Sequence record: NC_073076.1
Source: Escherichia phage jat
DNA: 44,417 nt
Reading direction: 5' to 3' (one strand)
The notes under the pieces were generated by a model, which searched no databases, was not told the origin of the DNA, and was given only the letters and a program-made list of their open reading frames with translations. Below are positions 8,539 to 17,309 of the stretch, piece after piece. The position numbers and the translations under genes are program-made. Each line of letters opens with the position of its first letter. Positions within the stretch are counted from its first letter, which is position 1.

Positions 8539-9096
8539 TCATTTCAGAATCACCGAGCGCGGGTCGATGGCCTTCATGCTGCCGTCTGGTTCGACACGGA
8601 TAAATCCCACACCGTATTCCCGCGCCTGGCGCTGTGCATTCGTGACGGCATCAAAGCGATTGACGATTTCGTGTACGGCACGGCCCATCTTCGCTTGCAC
8701 TTGGTGGGCGTCGTAGGTTGCGTAGGCGGGCTGCGACTTGCGGAACTCAACGCGCTCATGCGGCTGGCGGTCACGAAGGCTGTATTTGCGACCCACTCGC
8801 TCGTAATTTACGAGGCCGAAGTAAGTCATACCGGCTACGCCATCCTTGCGGGATTGCATACGCAGGCCATGAAGCCCGACATACTCGACGATCCACATAC
8901 TGCCGTCGCGAATATCACGCAGCACATCGCCGCGCTCGATATCGTGGGCGTGTACCGTGAAGAACTGAGGCAGCGTGCTTGTTGGCGCGCGGAATACTTT
9001 TTTGTTTGCCGGTTGTTGTAGGCGCACGTATGCGTCCTGGGTCTGTATCGGCTTAAGAATGCGCCCGTCCGATTTGCGGCGGAATAGTAATTTCAT
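8539..9096 (-). CDS. hypothetical protein
   Basis: 185 aa ORF, ATG start with ATGA overlap to upstream small ORF; no recognisable motif. Confidence 0.5.
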   Translation of the reverse strand: MKLLFRRKSDGRILKPIQTQDAYVRLQQPANKKVFRAPTSTLPQFFTVHAHDIERGDVLRDIRDGSMWIVEYVGLHGLRMQSRKDGVAGMTYFGLVNYERVGRKYSLRDRQPHERVEFRKSQPAYATYDAHQVQAKMGRAVHEIVNRFDAVTNAQRQAREYGVGFIRVEPDGSMKAIDPRSVILK

Positions 9097-9236
9097 TGCT
9101 CTGTCTCCTCAATATCATCGGCAGTTTTTGTGTCGCCATCGCATACAGTAGCGATGCCGTCCATCTCATAATCTGCTATGCAGGCATCAACAGAAATAAA
9201 CTTCTGCGAGAATCCCGCCATTAGTGCTGGTGTCAT
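9093..9236 (-). CDS. small acidic hypothetical protein (47 aa)
   Basis: MTPALMAGFSQKFISVDACIADYEMDGIATVCDGDTKTADDIEETEQ; ATGA overlaps at both ends suggest translational coupling. Confidence 0.3.
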   Translation of the reverse strand: MTPALMAGFSQKFISVDACIADYEMDGIATVCDGDTKTADDIEETEQ

Positions 9237-9502
9237 TTGCTCAGTCTCCAGTGTTTGCCTACCCGCTCAACGGCGGGCTTCCGGCGTAATGTAATACGAA
9301 TCCCCATTGGTTGCAAGGAAGTCCGCACCCTGAAATCGTGTTGTGCTGCAAACTGGTGCAAGTAGCGCGTCTGCGTCAGTGGCTTTACGTCGCCGCGATA
9401 GCACCAGAATACCGATTCGCCCTCAACCGCATTCTTAGCCCATATTCGTATGCAATGCAGGGGGATATGCCACGAAAGCTGTTTTGCTCGCCTACGTCCC
9501 AT
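9233..9502 (-). CDS. small basic hypothetical protein
   Basis: 89 aa, Arg/Trp/His-rich; ATG 9 nt after the stop of the upstream gene; ATGA overlap with downstream ORF. Confidence 0.35.
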   Translation of the reverse strand: MGRRRAKQLSWHIPLHCIRIWAKNAVEGESVFWCYRGDVKPLTQTRYLHQFAAQHDFRVRTSLQPMGIRITLRRKPAVERVGKHWRLSK

Positions 9503-9511
9503 TTTGGCCCC

Positions 9512-9991
9512 TTATTTCGCAAGCTGGGCGAATAGCTCACGCTGGGCTTTAATCCTGGCGACGTTTGTCACTGCCTTCTCGCCAATACCGAAGCGATAAG
9601 CCAGGCGCTCACGGGAGAATGCCAGCGCGTATTCATGGATTGCCTTACGCAGCGGACCCAGGTCATCCATGCTGGCGTCCATATCGTCTAGCGCACACAT
9701 GATTGACTGGTATGCCAGTGTCGCAAACTGGCGCGCACGGTCTACGTTGCCGTTCAGCGCCTTCGCTTCGTTCAGCTTTGCCAGGGCCAGTGAGTAATTC
9801 CAGATTAGTGCTCTCATTGTTCGGTCCTTCTTAGTGTTGTCGTCAACAATCGAGGCTTTACCGGAATTAACACGAATCATCACATCGTCCAGGGTAGACA
9901 TGCAAGTCGCCCCGCTTTCATAGGTGCCCGGGTCGTTGCTGGTGAAGGTGATAGTTGATTTACCGTCTTTGATGGTTACTGGAAATTTCAT
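9512..9991 (-). CDS. hypothetical protein
   Basis: 159 aa ORF; first gene downstream of the 9992-10473 intergenic region. Confidence 0.5.
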   Translation of the reverse strand: MKFPVTIKDGKSTITFTSNDPGTYESGATCMSTLDDVMIRVNSGKASIVDDNTKKDRTMRALIWNYSLALAKLNEAKALNGNVDRARQFATLAYQSIMCALDDMDASMDDLGPLRKAIHEYALAFSRERLAYRFGIGEKAVTNVARIKAQRELFAQLAK

Positions 9992-10206
9992 TTTGTTTGG
10001 TCCTCTCGTTGGTGTGCAACCAATCTAGCAGGGTGCCAGGCTGAATGCAACCAATATTAATCATGCGTATGAAAAAGTTGATCGCTATCTGCTGTGGCTG
10101 CAAACTGCATTTCCCGCCCGCCATTCTGCAACTCGCATTGGTTGCCTAGTTCACCGACGACCGCAATTTACATCATGTTGCCGTGTATTATGCAATCCCC
10201 GGATTT

Positions 10207-10372
10207 TATTCAGTCTCAGACGAGGGGGGCCATTGACCCCCGTCTAGTCTGAAAGACTGGGCTTTGTCCCGCTTGTCCCGCTCCTCTGGAAGCCGCGCCA
10301 TCCGGGGCGGGACGGGGGTGCTGTCCCGCTTTGTCCCGCCCCTTGTTTGTCCCGCTTTTTGTCCCGCTCAGT
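10207..10372. repeat. iteron element copy A: long imperfect hairpin plus six TGTCCCGC octamers
   Basis: Hairpin cagtctcagacgaggggggccattgacccccgtctagtctgaaagactg (10212-10259) followed by TGTCCCGC at 10265, 10274, 10323, 10334, 10349, 10361 and one inverted copy GCGGGAC at 10309; about 85 percent identical to 37643-37802. Confidence 0.65.
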
Positions 10373-10473
10373 TTATTCAGTTTTATTGCATAACTATTCA
10401 TTATACTCACACTACACGGCAACCAATACGACCAGATAAAAACACTCAAAATGGCAACCAATGCGCGCAAAAT

Positions 10474-12738
10474 TTAATCTTTTAAGTCGTCGTCGGTCGC
10501 CGAAAGCGTGATTGGTATGCTTGTTTTTATGACGATATTTGACGACCCATAGATGGCCCCGGTGTGCGGATCGGTATAAAAACCGAGTACGCCGCGCTCG
10601 ACCATATCGTCGATTGCCTTCGTCGACGTGCCACCTTTCGCCAGTCCAGCCTGGCGGACAATTGCCGATTTGCTGAATCCGGTATGGTCCGGGTTATCTT
10701 CCATCAGTTTTTCCAGTGCTGCATAAAGCACTTTCTCTTTTTCGTTGCGCGGCCCTGCGGCGTTCTCTTCCTTAACTGCTGCTTTGCCCGCGGCCTTCGC
10801 CTGTTCAATAGCGAACGGTGCCAGGGCAACCGGTACGAGGTAGAGAGTCTCGTCGCGTGGCGTGGAGGCAATCGGCTTGACGTCCCATCCGGCAACCACG
10901 TCGCCGAAGTCTGGCCCGGTGCTGGTGGACTGGTGCACCTCGAACGCTTCTGACTTGCGGAGATCCACCTTCACCTTGCACTTGAGCAGGACGAAGCCGC
11001 GCGGCGCTTGCTTGATGCCGTTACGTGACTTTTCGTGATACAGGTTCAATTGTCCGGGCTGGTTGTCGTCCGGCTGTTCCAGGAAGAACGCAGAATCGAC
11101 AGCACCATGCAGCGCGCCGGATCCGCGTGGGGTTCTGCTGCCGTTGGCACCCTTCGCCGGGTGGTGGATGACGCCCGCACTGCCACCTGTATTTTCCGCA
11201 ATGGCTTTCAGCGCTTTGACCACTTCACCCATATCGCTGGCGTTGTTCTCGTCGAACGGTTTGGCATCGGCGGACCGCAGCGCAACCGTCTGGTTGAGTG
11301 AGTCGAACGCCACCAGGCCAACCGGTTCGCCGTTAGCGGTGCGGTTGATGAAGCTGATAACTTCACGCAAGCCGGATTTGCTGGTGATATCCCAGCCGCG
11401 TGATTGCAGATCGATAATGTGCAGCTTGTCGAGGTCGTGCTCGTATTTGATCTGCAATGCTTCCTTACGCTGGTTGGAGGCTTCGCCACCTTCCGCGTCG
11501 AAATAGAAGCAATGGGACTGGACGACCTTCGCACCGCCGAACGGAATCCCCGCGGCAACCGCACCCATTTGCCCCAGCACGTAGAAAGACTTACCGATAT
11601 TCGACTCACCCGCCATGTACCAGGTCGATTTAAAGTTGACCAGGCCTTCTATGATCGGGTCGTGCTTACTGAACAGCGCAACCGGCTCGTTGTCCAGGTC
11701 AGCGTCGGTACATACGCCGTACTCGTCGCCGTCTCCGACCGCATCAACGATATGTTCATAGCACGATTCCACTTCCTCGTCGTCCAGCCCCGGAAGGATG
11801 GCGGCGATTTGCTTACGTGACATGTTGTGTGGCTCGACGTTCAGGTGGTCCGGGATCCCGATAAGACGTAGCGCCAGGTGCTGGTGTCTGTTCAGTTCCG
11901 AGCAACACTCGTTGCCGGTGTGCATACACTTGAAACGGATCTCGCCATCCTTAACCATGATAGCGGTGGACCCTTCGCCGCTGTGCAGGTGTTCGTTCGG
12001 GCATGGCACTTCATAACCACGACCAGACGACAGCGGTTCGAATCCCGCCTGGAAGCACCAATCCAGAATACCGTCCGCCACACCATCATCGCCCTGGGTC
12101 AGTTCGCGGCGTACTTCCTCTTTCTCGACTCCCAGCTTGTCCGCCAGGCGGAGCAGACGACGGACGCGGGCGCGCTTGCCGTAGTGGCACTTAACGACAG
12201 ACTGCTGATGTGGCAGGTACATAAGGCGGTTTGTGTCTTTTGTACAGTCGTCGAAGTCCACATCTGACAGACCCAGTTGGTGTAATAGTGCATACTGGAC
12301 GCGGCCCAGGTCTTCAGCCGGTACAGGCTTGTCCGTGAGCACCAGGAAACGGGCGCAACGCGTGCCCCCTTTCAGCGGGTGGCGGTCGCCGGTGGTGGTG
12401 TGAAATACGTGTTCCAGACCCGCGTCGATGAACGCCTTACGGCAGCGGCGAAGGGTGCGGGTGTCGGTGCGGTCAATATCGAAGAACAGGATCGAGCGGT
12501 CCACGGCACTGGTCTTGCGGCGCAGCCCATCACTGGTATAAGCCACAATGCCATCAGCCTTACGCTTACGGCGGGCGTACTCGGCTTTATCTTCCGTCTT
12601 GTTGATATGCACCGAGGAGATTTCTTTCGCATCATTGATAAATTCGAAAAACTCTTCGGTAGTCATCTGGAAGTTTTCCGCCCTGGCTTTTTCGCCTTTT
12701 TTAGCGGGTCGTGTTACTGCGAATTTAATTAAGCTCAT
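10474..12738 (-). CDS. primase-helicase (prim-pol-like N-terminus, Zn-ribbon, RecA-like ATPase)
   Basis: 754 aa; DIDRTD acidic motif in N-terminal domain, Cys/His cluster CPNEHLH...CMHTGNEC, Walker A GESNIGKS and Walker B-like LVAFDSL. Confidence 0.7.
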   Translation of the reverse strand: MSLIKFAVTRPAKKGEKARAENFQMTTEEFFEFINDAKEISSVHINKTEDKAEYARRKRKADGIVAYTSDGLRRKTSAVDRSILFFDIDRTDTRTLRRCRKAFIDAGLEHVFHTTTGDRHPLKGGTRCARFLVLTDKPVPAEDLGRVQYALLHQLGLSDVDFDDCTKDTNRLMYLPHQQSVVKCHYGKRARVRRLLRLADKLGVEKEEVRRELTQGDDGVADGILDWCFQAGFEPLSSGRGYEVPCPNEHLHSGEGSTAIMVKDGEIRFKCMHTGNECCSELNRHQHLALRLIGIPDHLNVEPHNMSRKQIAAILPGLDDEEVESCYEHIVDAVGDGDEYGVCTDADLDNEPVALFSKHDPIIEGLVNFKSTWYMAGESNIGKSFYVLGQMGAVAAGIPFGGAKVVQSHCFYFDAEGGEASNQRKEALQIKYEHDLDKLHIIDLQSRGWDITSKSGLREVISFINRTANGEPVGLVAFDSLNQTVALRSADAKPFDENNASDMGEVVKALKAIAENTGGSAGVIHHPAKGANGSRTPRGSGALHGAVDSAFFLEQPDDNQPGQLNLYHEKSRNGIKQAPRGFVLLKCKVKVDLRKSEAFEVHQSTSTGPDFGDVVAGWDVKPIASTPRDETLYLVPVALAPFAIEQAKAAGKAAVKEENAAGPRNEKEKVLYAALEKLMEDNPDHTGFSKSAIVRQAGLAKGGTSTKAIDDMVERGVLGFYTDPHTGAIYGSSNIVIKTSIPITLSATDDDLKD

Positions 12739-12748
12739 TGCCGTTGCC

Positions 12749-13078
12749 TTACTTAGACGTTTTATTATTGCGTACCCATGAGCGCACGGTGCTCTGATTA
12801 ATTCCGGTTAACTCGGCGATCATTGCCCATGACTTTCCCTCATTGCGCAAACGGATAACCTGCTTTTTGTATTCTTCCATTTCTTCATTGTGTTTTTGCA
12901 GCTTGCTTGCTGCCGTGCCGTTGAGCAATTCCAGCTTCGCGGTAAGCTCCTTCTCAGCACGCGATAATCTGGACACTTCAAATAACAGAGTATCCACCGC
13001 ATTTGTGTAATACCAGGATTTACCCGCTTCGCCGCGGATTGCATTAGATAACACTTCAATTGCTTCTTTGATATTCAT
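12749..13078 (-). CDS. HTH DNA-binding protein, putative transcriptional regulator
   Basis: 109 aa; C-terminal HTH GKSWAMIAELTGINQSTVRSWVRN; AGGAGA SD; sits at a divergent regulatory region. Confidence 0.5.
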   Translation of the reverse strand: MNIKEAIEVLSNAIRGEAGKSWYYTNAVDTLLFEVSRLSRAEKELTAKLELLNGTAASKLQKHNEEMEEYKKQVIRLRNEGKSWAMIAELTGINQSTVRSWVRNNKTSK

Positions 13079-13207
13079 AATTCAGTCTCCTGTTGGTTAA
13101 TGACCAACGAAACTACACCCAAAACTGCACGGTGTCAAGTCCTTTGGTTATTGAAACGGGCGCGCACGCGTGTAATAATAATTCCCGTCTCATTGTCTCT
13201 TATTGGT

Positions 13208-13244
13208 TAGCGCCGGTGCATTTTGCCTCGGCGCTTTTTTTTTA
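13208..13244 (+). terminator. rho-independent terminator-like hairpin
   Basis: gcgccg/cggcgc stem (13210-13234) followed by T9. Confidence 0.45.
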
Positions 13245-13253
13245 AATTAGTTG

Positions 13254-13283
13254 TTGACACCCATCCTGCAACCAATCTATCAT
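13254..13283 (+). promoter_or_regulatory. sigma70-like promoter for the early plus-strand genes
   Basis: TTGACA (13254-13259), 18-bp spacer, TATCAT (13278-13283); spacer contains the recurring TGCAACCAAT motif. Confidence 0.4.
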
Positions 13284-13479
13284 TCACTCCGTCGACAGGA
13301 TGCAGGACGCAAACTGGAGAGGGGCAACGCAGGGGCCGGATCGAAGTGTCAGGATTCCCAACCGTGATTATATAACCAGGTCCACTACCCGAACGGGAGA
13401 ACGCGTAACCTGGCAATATGTTAAGGCCACCGACGAAGTTAACTGCCGACACCTAAACTTAACCAATCGGAGATATACC

Positions 13480-13923
13480 ATGTTTGAGCAAATCGTAAAC
13501 CTGATCACTCGCGGCGTAGTAGCACTGGAAGTCATAGCTAAGCATTATGAAACTGCTGGCGCTGCCGTTGGTAAGCAGGAAGACAAGAAGCCGTCTAAGT
13601 CCAAAAAAGAAGTCGTAGAAGATGACGACGACGAAGACGAAAAACCGGCTAAATCTAAAAAAGCACCGGCTAAATCTAAAAAAGCACCGGCGAAAGGCAA
13701 AGGTAAGAAAGATGCCGATCCGCTGGCAGAGATGCGCGACGAAATCAAACAGTATGCCGCGATTATTGCCGGTGGCGATGATGACGACGCGAACGACGAA
13801 TTTGATGACCTGCTGGAAGCGTTCGAGATCAAATCAATCGCCAAGCTGGAAGATGACGACGTCGAAGACTTCCACAAAGAGCTAAAAGAAATCGTCGAAA
13901 CTTATTTCGAACTGGAAGATTAA
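13480..13923 (+). CDS. low-complexity protein with Lys-rich AKSKKAPAK repeats and strongly acidic C-terminal half
   Basis: 147 aa from ATG 13480 (GGAGA SD); track ORF starts earlier at 13300 but without SD; runs of D/E (DDDDEDE, DDDDANDEFDD, EDDDVED). Confidence 0.5.
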   Translation: MFEQIVNLITRGVVALEVIAKHYETAGAAVGKQEDKKPSKSKKEVVEDDDDEDEKPAKSKKAPAKSKKAPAKGKGKKDADPLAEMRDEIKQYAAIIAGGDDDDANDEFDDLLEAFEIKSIAKLEDDDVEDFHKELKEIVETYFELED

Positions 13924-13927
13924 TATC

Positions 13928-14053
13928 ATGGACTATGAAATGAGAATCATGCTCGATTTCATAGCGGAAAATTGGGCGGCATTCACCGCCTTCTGCGAAG
14001 AAAGAGGCGACGACCCGGACGAGGTTTATAGACAACTCGGCGGTGAAGATTAA
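13928..14053 (+). CDS. small acidic hypothetical protein (41 aa)
   Basis: MDYEMRIMLDFIAENWAAFTAFCEERGDDPDEVYRQLGGED; followed immediately by terminator. Confidence 0.3.
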   Translation: MDYEMRIMLDFIAENWAAFTAFCEERGDDPDEVYRQLGGED

Positions 14054-14059
14054 TATTAT

Positions 14060-14089
14060 CCGGCCCGCTAATCTGCGGGCCTATTTTTA
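14060..14089 (+). terminator. rho-independent terminator
   Basis: ggcccgc/gcgggcc stem with taatct loop followed by TATTTTT. Confidence 0.5.
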
Positions 14090-14101
14090 GAGGACGAGAC
14101 A

Positions 14102-14353
14102 ATGGCACGCTTCACGCTAATCGAGGCGGTGGACTCCCGCGACCAGCGCCCGTACTATTGGCTATTCGAACGCATCGGCAGCTTTCAGTCACGCGTTGCC
14201 GTAATAGATAAACGCCGTAACACCCCCGCGCAAATTAAGCGCACCACCTTTATTAATCCCGACTTTTATATTTGGGCGGATTCCAATCTGGAATATGTTC
14301 GCTTCGCAGTTGCATCCGAAGCAAAAACAATTGACCGCTGGGAGACAAAATAA
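14102..14353 (+). CDS. hypothetical protein
   Basis: 83 aa; GAGGA SD upstream of ATG. Confidence 0.45.
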   Translation: MARFTLIEAVDSRDQRPYYWLFERIGSFQSRVAVIDKRRNTPAQIKRTTFINPDFYIWADSNLEYVRFAVASEAKTIDRWETK

Positions 14354-14542
14354 ATGGCTATATTCTTTGTTTTATTTCGTTGCCGTATTACCGGCGACGA
14401 GCAACCCGAAATCGTTATGAATCAAAACTGGAATTGCTGCTGGATGCAAGCTCGAGGACTGGCGGCTACCATGAACAATGCCGCGAAGCGGGCCAATGTT
14501 GAACACGATTATTACATTGCTCAATTTTCAAGGGTGGAATAA
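14354..14542 (+). CDS. hypothetical protein
   Basis: 62 aa; start abuts previous stop. Confidence 0.3.
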   Translation: MAIFFVLFRCRITGDEQPEIVMNQNWNCCWMQARGLAATMNNAAKRANVEHDYYIAQFSRVE

Positions 14543-15972
14543 TGGCGATTAAACCGAAGCGCAAAACACAATCCGGTAGTAATACGGAACATTCATTACT
14601 TGGGCCATCTGGATCTAAAAAATGGATGGGGTGCCCTGCCGCCCTGGTGGTCGAAAAAGATATCCCGAACGAATCCGGGCAAGCTGCGATTAACGGTACG
14701 AGTATGCACACTGTATCAGAGGTCGTGCTAAACCGCATCATTGCCGGGGAAAAGCTGATAACCGCAAAAACGTACAAAGGGTGCTACGTCGAGAATGAAG
14801 GCAAGGGGCCAGTAAAGGCGCACCCGAAAGCGCCGAAAGGCGGCGTACTGGTCAACGACGACATGGTGAAACAGTGCGACGCGTACATCGACCACTGGCG
14901 ACCGCTCCTCGAAGTGGCGGAGTTTGTTCAGCTTGAGATGCGCGCCGATCTCACCCGCGTCCTACACTCTGGCTTCGAGATCGACGGCAACCGGGTTAAG
15001 ACGTTCGGCACTGCGGATATGGTCATGGTCATGAAGAAGACCGACGGCACGTACATGCTGATTGTTGGCGACCTGAAGACGGGGCGGCATAAGGTCGAGG
15101 CGAAAGAAAACAAACAGCTTATGTTGTATGCGCTGGGCCTGCTGCGCAAGCTGAAAACTATGTACGACATTACGACCGTGCGCCTGGTTATCTTCCAGCC
15201 GTATTGCGGCGGGGCGTCGGAGTGGGATATTTCGGTAGAAGCCCTGGAGATATTCGCTAAGTTTGCGTCAAAGCGTGCTATCGCCGCCCTGGAAGCGTAC
15301 GCCCGCGGCAAAAAGGGACTCACCCGTGCCGACTTCCGACCGAGCGTTGATGCGTGTCAGTGGTGCAGATTTGCGGATCAGTGTAGCGCCCGCGCTAAGG
15401 CTGCAATCGACACGATGACCCCACCAACGGCAACAGACGAAGACCTGGGCGACGACGTAAGTATTGCGACAGAGGAAGAATGCGCCAATCACGACCGCAA
15501 TATGGCCCGCGAAGCCCGCAAAGCGGCACGACGTGCGAAGCGTGGCAAGAAAGAAGCGGCCCCAGGCGCTATGAGCGCTGCGGAACTGCGCAAGGCTTAT
15601 GAAGGCCTGGACGCAATGCGCCAGCACATCAAAGCTATCGAGTCCGCGGTATTCAAAGCGGTAATGGCGGGCGATGGCGAATCGCTGGGCCTCAAGATGG
15701 TTGCCGGTAAGGAAGGGATCCGTAAGTGGGCGGACGAGAGCGAAGTTATTGAAATCTTCACGAAGGCCCGGATCAAGCGCGATGTGATGTACAAAGAAAC
15801 ATTGCTCAGCCCTACGGATGCCGAGAAGGTACTGAAGGACGAAAAACCGAAAGTGTGGGCGAAGCTGTGTGATAAAATCACGCGCGCACCAGCCAAACCG
15901 GTGTTAGCACCAATCGACGACCCGCGCCCTGCGTGGTCGGAAGCTACTGACGAGGACTTAAGCAATGAATAA
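14542..15972 (+). CDS. PD-(D/E)XK nuclease with C-terminal Cys cluster (DUF2800 / Cas4-RecB-like)
   Basis: 476 aa; D...D-x-K core in FGTADMV...VGDLKTGRHK...QLMLYALGL and CQWCRFADQC cluster; sits beside the SSB-like and PolA genes. Confidence 0.6.
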   Translation: MAIKPKRKTQSGSNTEHSLLGPSGSKKWMGCPAALVVEKDIPNESGQAAINGTSMHTVSEVVLNRIIAGEKLITAKTYKGCYVENEGKGPVKAHPKAPKGGVLVNDDMVKQCDAYIDHWRPLLEVAEFVQLEMRADLTRVLHSGFEIDGNRVKTFGTADMVMVMKKTDGTYMLIVGDLKTGRHKVEAKENKQLMLYALGLLRKLKTMYDITTVRLVIFQPYCGGASEWDISVEALEIFAKFASKRAIAALEAYARGKKGLTRADFRPSVDACQWCRFADQCSARAKAAIDTMTPPTATDEDLGDDVSIATEEECANHDRNMAREARKAARRAKRGKKEAAPGAMSAAELRKAYEGLDAMRQHIKAIESAVFKAVMAGDGESLGLKMVAGKEGIRKWADESEVIEIFTKARIKRDVMYKETLLSPTDAEKVLKDEKPKVWAKLCDKITRAPAKPVLAPIDDPRPAWSEATDEDLSNE

Positions 15973-16207
15973 AGTATTCGCAATATTATTGATGTTTGTT
16001 ATCGGCGCGCTGGGCTTTATCCTGCATTGTGTGCATGGCGTGTTAATGGTGGCGTGGATGATTCGGCATCCGACCCGCTGGCTGGATGACGGTTATAGCG
16101 AAGCTGCCGCCGATTGGGTGGCGAAGAATATCGACCGCCCGCCATTAAGCTGGATCGAGAACGCTACCGACTACGTTACCAGAAATCTTTTTAATGAAAA
16201 TGCTTGA
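15965..16207 (+). CDS. small membrane protein, hypothetical
   Basis: 80 aa; N-terminal hydrophobic helix FAILLMFVIGALGFILHCVHGVLMVAWMI. Confidence 0.4.
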   Translation: MNKVFAILLMFVIGALGFILHCVHGVLMVAWMIRHPTRWLDDGYSEAAADWVAKNIDRPPLSWIENATDYVTRNLFNENA

Positions 16208-16297
16208 CCGCTTAGGCGCAACCAAGTAAATTGGCAACCAAGCCGAACGGGGTGGCTTCCAATAACCCCGATACATGTGAAAATGAGGAATTGGAAA

Positions 16298-17080
16298 ATG
16301 GCTAAAGTCAACCTGAAAAATGTGCGCGTATGCTTCCTGAAAATTTGGGAACGTGATACCCCTAAACAGGATGGACAAAAACCGGCATACCGTGCCGTGA
16401 TTCTTCTGGATAAAGAAGATCCGCAGGTGGACAAAGTGGAAGCGGCAGCGCGCGCAGTGCTCACCGACAAGCTGAAATCCGAGAAGAATGCCGATAAGTG
16501 GATGGACCGCCACTACGCCCAGGATTCTAAGGAATGCGCAGTTCGCGACGGCGACGAGCGCGATGAAGTAACCGAAGAATTCGAAGGCATGTTGTATATC
16601 AACGCCAAATCGTTCAAACAACCAATCATTCAAACGTCACTCGGCGAGAAGCAGACTGAACAAGGTCTGACCATCGACGGCGACGAGATTGAAGGCCAGG
16701 AGATCTACTCTGGTTGTTATTGCAACGTGTCCCTTGATATTTGGGCGTGGAACAACACCAACGGCAAGGGACTCGGTGCTGGCTTGCTGGGTTTACGCTT
16801 CCGTGATGACGGTGAAGCCTTCGGCGGTGGCGGGTCTTCTTGCTCCGATGAAGACCTGGACAACGACGACGAAGACGAAGCACCGCGCAAGGCTAAGAAG
16901 TCAAAACGTCGTGATGACGATGATGAAGATGACAAGCCGCGCAAGTCCAAGAAATCCAAGCGCCGCGATGACGACGACGATGAGGAAGATGAAAAACCTC
17001 GCAAACGTCGTAAGCCACGCGATGACGAAGATGAGGACGACGACGAAGACGAAGCACCACGCAAACGTCGCCGCCGTTAA
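16298..17080 (+). CDS. single-stranded DNA-binding protein-like (T7 gp2.5 / DUF2815-like) with repetitive charged C-terminal tail
   Basis: ATG 16298 with GAGGA SD (track uses GTG 16277); block IYSGCYCNVSLDIWAWNNTNGKGLGAGLLGLRFRDDGEAFGGGG resembles gp2.5-type SSB core; three repeats of acidic run + PRK(S/A)KKSKRR. Confidence 0.5.
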   Translation: MAKVNLKNVRVCFLKIWERDTPKQDGQKPAYRAVILLDKEDPQVDKVEAAARAVLTDKLKSEKNADKWMDRHYAQDSKECAVRDGDERDEVTEEFEGMLYINAKSFKQPIIQTSLGEKQTEQGLTIDGDEIEGQEIYSGCYCNVSLDIWAWNNTNGKGLGAGLLGLRFRDDGEAFGGGGSSCSDEDLDNDDEDEAPRKAKKSKRRDDDDEDDKPRKSKKSKRRDDDDDEEDEKPRKRRKPRDDEDEDDDEDEAPRKRRRR

Positions 17081-17097
17081 GGGCAAAGCCCACTATT

Positions 17098-17124
17098 CAA
17101 GCCCGCTTAATGCGGGCTTTTTAA
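17098..17124 (+). terminator. rho-independent terminator
   Basis: agcccgc/gcgggct stem with ttaat loop followed by T5. Confidence 0.6.
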
Positions 17125-17138
17125 TAGGACAATGAAAA

Positions 17139-17309
17139 ATGCGTATTAAAGCCAGCGAAGTAAAAGTCGGGATGAAAGTATGGTCCAAGCTACTGGGGGA
17201 ATATTTCACAGTTGCCGAGATTCGCAACAACGGCGAAGAAATCGCCCTGTCCGACGGCATCTTCTCCATGATCGGCAGCGCTGACGCCGTAGTGAGGATA
17301 AAGCAATGA
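17139..17309 (+). CDS. small hypothetical protein (56 aa)
   Basis: MRIKASEVKVGMKVWSKLLGEYFTVAEIRNNGEEIALSDGIFSMIGSADAVVRIKQ; stop overlaps PolA start (ATGA). Confidence 0.4.
   Translation: MRIKASEVKVGMKVWSKLLGEYFTVAEIRNNGEEIALSDGIFSMIGSADAVVRIKQ

Noticed and set aside
10265-10368. Possible CRISPR array suggested by the tandem TGTCCCGC repeats
   Set aside because: Repeat unit is only 8 bp with 1-4 bp spacers, far below CRISPR repeat and spacer lengths; no cas genes. Better explained as iterons.
10216-10470. 84-aa minus-strand ORF running through iteron copy A
   Set aside because: It is read through the TGTCCCGC repeats and hairpin, and shares its PVFQTRRGSMAP C-terminus with the ORF at 37642-37920 only because the DNA is duplicated; low-complexity Ser/Gly/Arg composition and no SD. 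Treated as noncoding.
13300-13479. Upstream extension of the acidic early protein ORF (track start 13300)
   Set aside because: The 60 extra codons lie in a promoter-bearing region with no SD; the ATG at 13480 has a GGAGA SD at correct spacing.
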